NCBI GenBank assembly: GCA_964593045.1
Contig: CAZQJQ010000006.1
Coordinates: 4,255-44,254 of the forward strand
Length of the DNA: 40,000 nt
Direction: 5' to 3'
Source of the DNA: an uncultured Clostridiaceae bacterium
GTDB taxonomy: Bacteria; Bacillota; Clostridia; TANB77; CAG-465
Shown in pieces: positions 34,749-40,000 of this stretch. Numbering within the stretch: position 1 is the first letter of the stretch; each line of letters opens with the position of its first letter. The notes under the pieces were generated by a model. The model had not been told where the DNA came from and did no database searches. It saw nothing but the letters and a program-made list of their open reading frames with translations. Made by a program: the position numbers and the translations under genes.

Positions 34749-36021
34749 AATTAATATCAGAAAAAGAGGAAACTTCTATGAATATAGAATTGAAATAGCA
34801 AAGGTAGATAATAAAAGACAATGGTTAAGTAAATCTGGATTTAGAACTAAAGCAGAAGCTTTAGAATCTGGATCACTTGCATATACTGAATACTTAAATG
34901 CAGGTATTCCATTTAAACAATGCGATTTATCTTATTCAGATTATCTTGATTATTGGTTAGAAAATTATTGTATGAATAATCTAAAATATAATACTATTCA
35001 AACATATAAAATAATAATAAATAAGTATTTAAAAAAGAGTATAGGAAAATATAAGTTATCAACTATAACAAGTGTTGCTTTAAATTCATTTATAACTGAT
35101 TTAGTAAATGAATATAATCATTCTAAAACATATTATAAGAATATATTAAAAGTCATTAAAGGATCATTTAGAGATGCATGTAATCTATATGGATTTATAA
35201 AATATAATCCAGCACTTACATTAAGATTACCTAAAATAGAAGAAGAATTAAATAATAAAAGACATTATTATACAAATGAAGAAATAGATAAAATAATAGA
35301 TAGATTTAAGGACAATGCTACTTTTGTAGCATCGTTCTTAACATCGTGTTATACAGGTATGAGAACTGGAGAAGTATTTGCTCTTACTTGGGAAGATATA
35401 GATTTGGAAAATGGAATCATTAATGTTCAAAATAACTTATATGATAAACCTAAAGATAGTTTAGGAAGATGGTATTTAGGAACAACTAAAACTATATCAG
35501 GAACTAGACAAATATACATTGGAAATACACTAATAACAGCTTTAAAGAACTATAAAGAAAGACAAGAATATCTTAAAGAAGTATTTGGAAAAGATTATAA
35601 ATACTACCATTTAGAAATAGTTAAAAATGAAAACGGAAAATTTGTTGATAAAAGAATAGTTATTAACAAAGGAAATGAAGAAATATTAAATTTAGTATTT
35701 ACTAATGATGATGGAACATTCTCTGGAACTGATGTTCCTAAATATCCATTTAAAATAATTCATACTGAATTAGGAATAGAAAAATGTAGATTCTACGATT
35801 TAAGAGGAACATATGCAACTAAAGTATTAAATAATGGAACAAATATAAATGATGTAGCTAATTTATTAGGACATAGAAATGTTGAAACAACAGAAAACTA
35901 TTATATTACAAGTTTAGAAGATAATAGAAAGAATGCTGTAGAACAATTTGATGAAAATAATAAGTCTAATGTTATAGAAAATGCTATTAAATTTCAAATA
36001 CAAGAAGGTAAATTAGTATGA
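34741..36021 (+). CDS. int: Tyrosine recombinase / site-specific integrase, paralog of the one at 25589
   Basis: IRKRGNFYEYRIEIAKVDNKRQWLSKSGFRTKAEA arm-type N-domain, SYSDYLDYW, YTGMRTGE (R), FYDLR (Y in place of the usual H of HxxR), LGH, Y at +10. Confidence 0.9.
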   Translation: MSKINIRKRGNFYEYRIEIAKVDNKRQWLSKSGFRTKAEALESGSLAYTEYLNAGIPFKQCDLSYSDYLDYWLENYCMNNLKYNTIQTYKIIINKYLKKSIGKYKLSTITSVALNSFITDLVNEYNHSKTYYKNILKVIKGSFRDACNLYGFIKYNPALTLRLPKIEEELNNKRHYYTNEEIDKIIDRFKDNATFVASFLTSCYTGMRTGEVFALTWEDIDLENGIINVQNNLYDKPKDSLGRWYLGTTKTISGTRQIYIGNTLITALKNYKERQEYLKEVFGKDYKYYHLEIVKNENGKFVDKRIVINKGNEEILNLVFTNDDGTFSGTDVPKYPFKIIHTELGIEKCRFYDLRGTYATKVLNNGTNINDVANLLGHRNVETTENYYITSLEDNRKNAVEQFDENNKSNVIENAIKFQIQEGKLV

Positions 36022-37202
36022 ATTATGCAATATTTAGAAGTGAACCAATCTATACTTTAAATGATTTAGCACAAATTGGATCACATAATAAAAGAGAAAA
36101 AAAAGCATATCAATCTAATCCTGATATAGACTTATCTAAAACTAAAGCTAATGTAGAACTTGTTCCACTTAATATGAAGTATGTTAAAGGCTTTTATGAA
36201 ATAACCAAAGAATATAAATTAGAACATGAAGAAAGAATGAAAACAGAGAGAGAAGATAGAAAAAGAACTTTTAAACAAATGGTAGATAAATCAAAAAGTG
36301 TTGTTGCAGATGAACTAGTATTCACTGCAACACACACATTCTTTAATGATATGAGTAAAGATGAGATAAAAAATTGGGCAAATAGATGTATGGAATTTGT
36401 ACATTTTGGACTAGGTTATGAAGATAATCAAATCTTACATGCAACACTACATATGGATGAGAAAACACCTCATATACATTGTGTAGTAGTACCTCTAGTA
36501 AAGAAGCTAGATAAAAGAACAAATACAGAAAGATATACAATATCTAAAAAACAATTTATACATGATAAAGAACACTTGAGTGAGTTACAAGATGAATATT
36601 GTGATTACTTAAATATGTGTGGATTTGCTTTAGAAAGAGGAATAAAACATAGTGATAAAGAACATATCAATATGAAAGAATTTAAGAAACTTACTAAATC
36701 GTTAACAACTGAATTAGATATAAAAGATGATAAACTATCTCAATCAATAAATGAATTAGAAGATAAAATGAAAACAAATAAATCTATTATGTTTGATAAA
36801 GAATCAGTTAAGGTTAAGAAAGATACTTTTGAAAGTATGAATAAAGTTGTAGAAGAAGCAAAGAAAGTAAAAGACTTAAAACCTAAACTAGATAATGCAT
36901 ATAAAAACCTTAAAGAGATTACAAATGACTATTCTAGAATGCATAAAGAAAACATGAAACTGGAAGATCAAAATCAAAGTTTAAAAATAGAAAATGCAAA
37001 CCTTAGATATAAGTCATTTCATTTAACTAATACAATTGATACATTAAAAAATGTTATTAATAGAATGGCTAAATTTGTATATCATTTAGTAGCTGATGGA
37101 TTAATACCTAGACATAAAGAAGATGAATTTAATGATGAATTTGCAGAGTTTATAAGTGGTAAAAAGAAGAATAAGGACAAAGACGACAGTCTTGGACTTT
37201 AG
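36018..37202 (+). CDS. mob: MobV-family (Mob/Pre) relaxase
   Basis: MNYAIFRSE...GSHNKRE (HxxR motif I) and LHMDEKTPHIHCVVVPL (HxDE..PHxH motif III). C-terminal coiled-coil-like region. ATGA overlap with int. Confidence 0.85.
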   Translation: MNYAIFRSEPIYTLNDLAQIGSHNKREKKAYQSNPDIDLSKTKANVELVPLNMKYVKGFYEITKEYKLEHEERMKTEREDRKRTFKQMVDKSKSVVADELVFTATHTFFNDMSKDEIKNWANRCMEFVHFGLGYEDNQILHATLHMDEKTPHIHCVVVPLVKKLDKRTNTERYTISKKQFIHDKEHLSELQDEYCDYLNMCGFALERGIKHSDKEHINMKEFKKLTKSLTTELDIKDDKLSQSINELEDKMKTNKSIMFDKESVKVKKDTFESMNKVVEEAKKVKDLKPKLDNAYKNLKEITNDYSRMHKENMKLEDQNQSLKIENANLRYKSFHLTNTIDTLKNVINRMAKFVYHLVADGLIPRHKEDEFNDEFAEFISGKKKNKDKDDSLGL

Positions 37203-37368
37203 ACTATCTTTCTGACAAGATAGTAACACACTACGCTATTGGCAGAGCCAATAACGGTGTGAAAAAGGGAAGTTCCCTTTTTAAACCCTTTTAAGCATAA
37301 TTTTAGCAAGGCATAAAGCCAAGTAAAATTATGTTTTTATTTTCAAAATAAAATTTTGAAAATAAAAA
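37203..37368. other. Hairpin-dense non-coding region (candidate oriT / single-strand origin / element end)
   Basis: Five consecutive inverted repeats. (1) ACTATCTT/AAGATAGT, 37203-37224. (2) CACAC..TATTGGC aga GCCAATA..GTGTG, 37227-37261. (3) AAAAAGGGAA g TTCCCTTTTT, 37262-37282. (4) CATAATTTTA/TAAAATTATG, 37296-37333. (5) Perfect 16-bp TTTTTATTTTCAAAAT aaa ATTTTGAAAATAAAAA, 37334-37368. Confidence 0.5.
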
Positions 37369-37443
37369 GAAAAAAACCTATCGCCACTTTCACTCGCAAA
37401 CGAGCAAAACGTGCCACGGCTTATTTTCTTAGTTCTATTTTAT

Positions 37444-38880
37444 CTATTTTAAAACTATATCAATGTTTTTATCATAATAATCTGTATATGTACCACTTTT
37501 AATAGCATTTATTGCCTCTTTAAATGAATTACCATCAATATAATAAATATTTTCTAAATGCGGTGCTATATATATAGCAGAATCTTTAGATCTGTCAGCA
37601 TTGGAACTTTCAGTAAAATTGAAAGCCAACATATAATCATTGTAATTATATACCAAATAGTAATCAGCTATTTCTTTATTTGTGTAAACTTCAGAATGAA
37701 TATAAATTTCATTAGGATTTCCTAATTTTTCAAGAACAATATCTATATCTTCTTTAGAATTATCTTCAGGAAGACCTAATATTGTATTATACCCATAACC
37801 ACTTATTTCTATATAGAACTTATGATTTTTCATTGCGTCGGATATTGAAATATTATTACTATTATAAAAATTTGTAGTTAAATAACAATCATTACTACCA
37901 TTAGCACACCAACGTATTTCAGGTTTACTAACAACCGATGTTTCTAACCATTCATCAAAGTATTGTCCTTTTTTTTCGTAATAAGGTTTTAACTTTGAAC
38001 TTAATTTTTCATAAGTAATAGGATATGTAGTTACCTCATCACCATTAAAATCATTTATACCTTTTAACGCTTTAGATTTATCAAATTTTTTTATATCAAT
38101 ATCTTTGAAAGCAAAATAATATTCAAATCTTTCATCTATTGAGTTTTTATTATTACTTTGACCAACATTCTCCTTATCATTATCATCTACTAATTCTATT
38201 TTAAGATTTTCAAATATTTTTAATGCTCCTTTTGTGGTTTCAGACTCTAAATCGCAACCAGTTGCTGGATTGCAAGTAACTTGTATTTCAAAATAATGTG
38301 AATCATCTATATCTATAAAATATGTATATTTTTCTTCTCCCCAAGTTTTTACTGATGTTACTTTAGAAGTAGTATTGCTTATTTTTTCAACTTTTGCATT
38401 TTCTTTGGAATATTCATTTGCACCATTACTATTTCCATATTTAGTAGCAATATCGTGAATATTAGTAAAATCCGTTTCTTTTTTTTCTATATCTGTATTT
38501 ATATAACCTGAATTTTCAACGTTATGTCCTAAATCAGTTGTTTCAAGCACATAATTTTTTTCATTGCCTAAATTATAAAAAGCAAACCCAAAATAATTAT
38601 AATCTTTATCTACATTCTGATATGCAACTAGGTAATCAGTCATTTTATATATTTTCATATTAACTTCATTACCGTTTTCTTCATATAAATTATATTTATG
38701 TATATCACCATCAACTAAGGTTAAACTATCAGAATATAATTTAACTATACCTTTATTTCCAAATAAATCGCCACCATTTCCTTTTAAAGCAAAAGTTATA
38801 GCTATTGTAGCAATAACAATTGTTGCACCTGCAATACCAGCAATTAAACTTATATTTGCCCATTTTGAATGTCCACTCAT
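37444..38880 (-). CDS. N-terminally membrane-anchored extracytoplasmic protein of unknown function (478 aa)
   Basis: AGGAGG SD. TM anchor ISLIAGIAGATIVIATIAITFAL. N/Y/D/K-rich ectodomain with Cys pairs CNPATGC and WCANGSNDC. No motif I recognise. Confidence 0.6.
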   Translation of the reverse strand: MSGHSKWANISLIAGIAGATIVIATIAITFALKGNGGDLFGNKGIVKLYSDSLTLVDGDIHKYNLYEENGNEVNMKIYKMTDYLVAYQNVDKDYNYFGFAFYNLGNEKNYVLETTDLGHNVENSGYINTDIEKKETDFTNIHDIATKYGNSNGANEYSKENAKVEKISNTTSKVTSVKTWGEEKYTYFIDIDDSHYFEIQVTCNPATGCDLESETTKGALKIFENLKIELVDDNDKENVGQSNNKNSIDERFEYYFAFKDIDIKKFDKSKALKGINDFNGDEVTTYPITYEKLSSKLKPYYEKKGQYFDEWLETSVVSKPEIRWCANGSNDCYLTTNFYNSNNISISDAMKNHKFYIEISGYGYNTILGLPEDNSKEDIDIVLEKLGNPNEIYIHSEVYTNKEIADYYLVYNYNDYMLAFNFTESSNADRSKDSAIYIAPHLENIYYIDGNSFKEAINAIKSGTYTDYYDKNIDIVLK

Positions 38881-38904
38881 AAATTTTCCTCCTTTTTTGT
38901 ATAT

Positions 38905-38933
38905 ATTATACTACATAAAAGTGTATTTTTCAA
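38905..38933 (-). promoter_or_regulatory. Sigma-A-type promoter of the 478-aa gene
   Basis: On the minus strand: TTGAAA (plus-strand 38928-38933), 17-nt spacer, TATAAT (38905-38910). Confidence 0.55.
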
Positions 38934-39031
38934 ATTAAAATTTATATAACACTTTATACATATTGTAGTTTATCATAACTTTTTTTAAATAGTTTTGTGT
39001 TTCTTTGAATGGTAAAGTTATATTGTAACTA

Positions 39032-39250
39032 TCAAGTTTTGAACCTATTATTAGGTTTCTTCTTTGATAGCTTGCTTAAACTTTGGTTATTAACATTATC
39101 ACTTTCAAGGGTATTATTCATAGGTTGTGGTTGTGGGTTAATTGATTGTTGATTAACTCCCATATTTTGATTGAAACTTTGATTATTTAATGGTTGATTA
39201 TCAGGTATTTCATTATTATTTTGATTTGAATTATTTAGATCTTGATTCAT
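39032..39250 (-). CDS. Possible small Q/N/P-rich low-complexity protein (72 aa); may be non-coding
   Basis: An ORF fills an otherwise empty 400-nt gap between two minus-strand genes. Weak AAAGGA SD 10 nt upstream. The composition is extreme (N, Q, P), so a chance ORF cannot be excluded. Confidence 0.3.
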   Translation of the reverse strand: MNQDLNNSNQNNNEIPDNQPLNNQSFNQNMGVNQQSINPQPQPMNNTLESDNVNNQSLSKLSKKKPNNRFKT

Positions 39251-39283
39251 TTTTTTTATTTCCTTTCTAGTAAAAATTTATTC

Positions 39284-39904
39284 CTATTTTTCAATTGTGC
39301 TAAGTAGCTCTAATCCATTGATTATATCTGATGAAATGCTAACTTCGTAATAATATTGGTTAGTAAAATTTCCATGACTAAATTCATATTTATCACCATA
39401 TTTCAATAAAACCCCATTACTTGTTTCAGTTACATCTGTAGGAGTCCCTAAAATTGCAATAACTTCTTCTTGTGTCATTTTTTCACCAACATATAAATCT
39501 CCAGGAAAGATAACTTTCATAAATTTTACTTGATATCCACTTTGTGATATAGAAACAATTTTTGCATTTTTAATGTCATCTTTCTTCTCTGTGCGATTTT
39601 GGAAAGTTACATTAAAAACATTACGAGAGTTTAAGTATAATGAACTATCAAAAGAAACAAATGACTCAAGTTCAGTTATATACATTTCATCATCAAGTTC
39701 TAAATTTTCCTTTTTTTCTAATTCAGAAAAATCAACAGGTAATGTATATTTATTGCCATTGATAATAATATCTGCATTAGTAAAATTACTTATATTATTA
39801 CCATTTTTAGTATCATCACAACCAGTAATCATTCCTATTAAAAATATTCCACATATTAAACTTAAAAATATTCCACATATTAAACTTAATAAAATTCTTT
39901 TCAT
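39284..39904 (-). CDS. Lipoprotein of unknown function (206 aa) with a duplicated signal-peptide core
   Basis: GAAAGGTGGGG SD precedes MKRILL (start 39904, not the tracked 39973). Signal MKRILLSLICGIFLSLICGIFLIGMITGC with lipobox ITGC. Confidence 0.65.
   Translation of the reverse strand: MKRILLSLICGIFLSLICGIFLIGMITGCDDTKNGNNISNFTNADIIINGNKYTLPVDFSELEKKENLELDDEMYITELESFVSFDSSLYLNSRNVFNVTFQNRTEKKDDIKNAKIVSISQSGYQVKFMKVIFPGDLYVGEKMTQEEVIAILGTPTDVTETSNGVLLKYGDKYEFSHGNFTNQYYYEVSISSDIINGLELLSTIEK
39841..39888. repeat. Perfect 2 x 24-nt tandem duplication inside the lipoprotein signal peptide
   Basis: AAAATATTCCACATATTAAACTTA occurs at 39841-39864 and again at 39865-39888, encoding LSLICGIF twice, in frame. 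Confidence 0.9.
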
Positions 39905-39930
39905 TTTATCCCCACCTTTCTCTACTATTA

Positions 39931-39960
39931 ATTTTACCATAAATTTTGGTTCAATGTCAA
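39931..39960 (-). promoter_or_regulatory. Sigma-A-type promoter of the lipoprotein gene
   Basis: On the minus strand: TTGACA (plus-strand 39955-39960), 18-nt spacer, TGgTAAAAT (TAAAAT = 39931-39936). Confidence 0.5.
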
Positions 39961-40000
39961 TAGTTGGGGTCAAAAATCCTGAAAAAAGACTAGAACCACA

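Larger units (their letters stand above)
33780..37443 (+). mobile_element. Compact integrative mobilizable element (IME)-like module: Rep-like HTH, excisionase, integrase, MobV relaxase; right boundary uncertain
   Basis: Four overlapping genes of canonical IME functions, iteron-like repeats upstream, a hairpin-dense region downstream and a border repeat at the left end. Confidence 0.6.

Noticed and set aside
37353-37362. Possible fourth (rightmost) copy of the border repeat: ATTTTGAAAA shared with 25390-25399
   Set aside because: Only a 10-nt A/T-rich match with no flanking similarity. This is expected by chance in such AT-rich DNA, so the right boundary is left open.
1-40000. Searched by eye for CRISPR arrays, tRNA/rRNA genes, transposases/IS ends, reverse transcriptases and toxin-antitoxin pairs
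   Set aside because: None found. The only short tandem repeats are the 11-nt iteron-like pair (33868-33889) and the 24-nt coding duplication (39841-39888). A covariance-model scan (tRNAscan-SE/Infernal) would be needed to exclude small RNAs rigorously.

Overview
This is a visibly AT-rich window (GC not computed) of Firmicutes/Clostridia type, from a spore-former: intact pro-sigma-K is present. All calls come from reading the translated ORFs, motifs and DNA by eye, with no database search. Bases 1-25366 are mostly housekeeping chromosome: rseP (5' partial), a HAD nucleotidase-like gene, an M19 dipeptidase, polC, a short hpf, a PHP phosphoesterase, hemolysin-III, tyrS, a DapB-like oxidoreductase, yqeG, an A24 prepilin peptidase, a U32 peptidase, Fe/Mn SOD, sigK, two half-size TSUP-like genes, ireB-ruvX-DUF1292, a DUF1980-like membrane protein and secA. 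One odd three-gene cluster sits inside this core at 17446-20647. It encodes a VirB2-like small membrane protein, a TadZ/CpaE-like pseudo-receiver/atypical P-loop protein and a TM-GAF-degenerate-GGDEF protein. Accessory DNA starts directly after the secA stop. It holds two paralogous tyrosine integrases in the same orientation. Three direct and one inverted copy of a secA-flank-like sequence sit at module borders. Also present are a leader-peptide/terminator attenuator in front of an ArpU-like regulator and a CPBP-like membrane protein. A self-contained Fur-family (Zur-like) zinc-uptake module follows: a perfect 7-1-7 box, a small Cys/His membrane protein, ZnuABC, and a COG0701 permease with its TIGR03943 partner. 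Last is a compact Rep-like HTH/xis/int/MobV module followed by a hairpin-dense region. Bases 37444-40000 carry minus-strand genes for exported proteins of unknown function. I found no rRNA, tRNA, CRISPR array or transposase.
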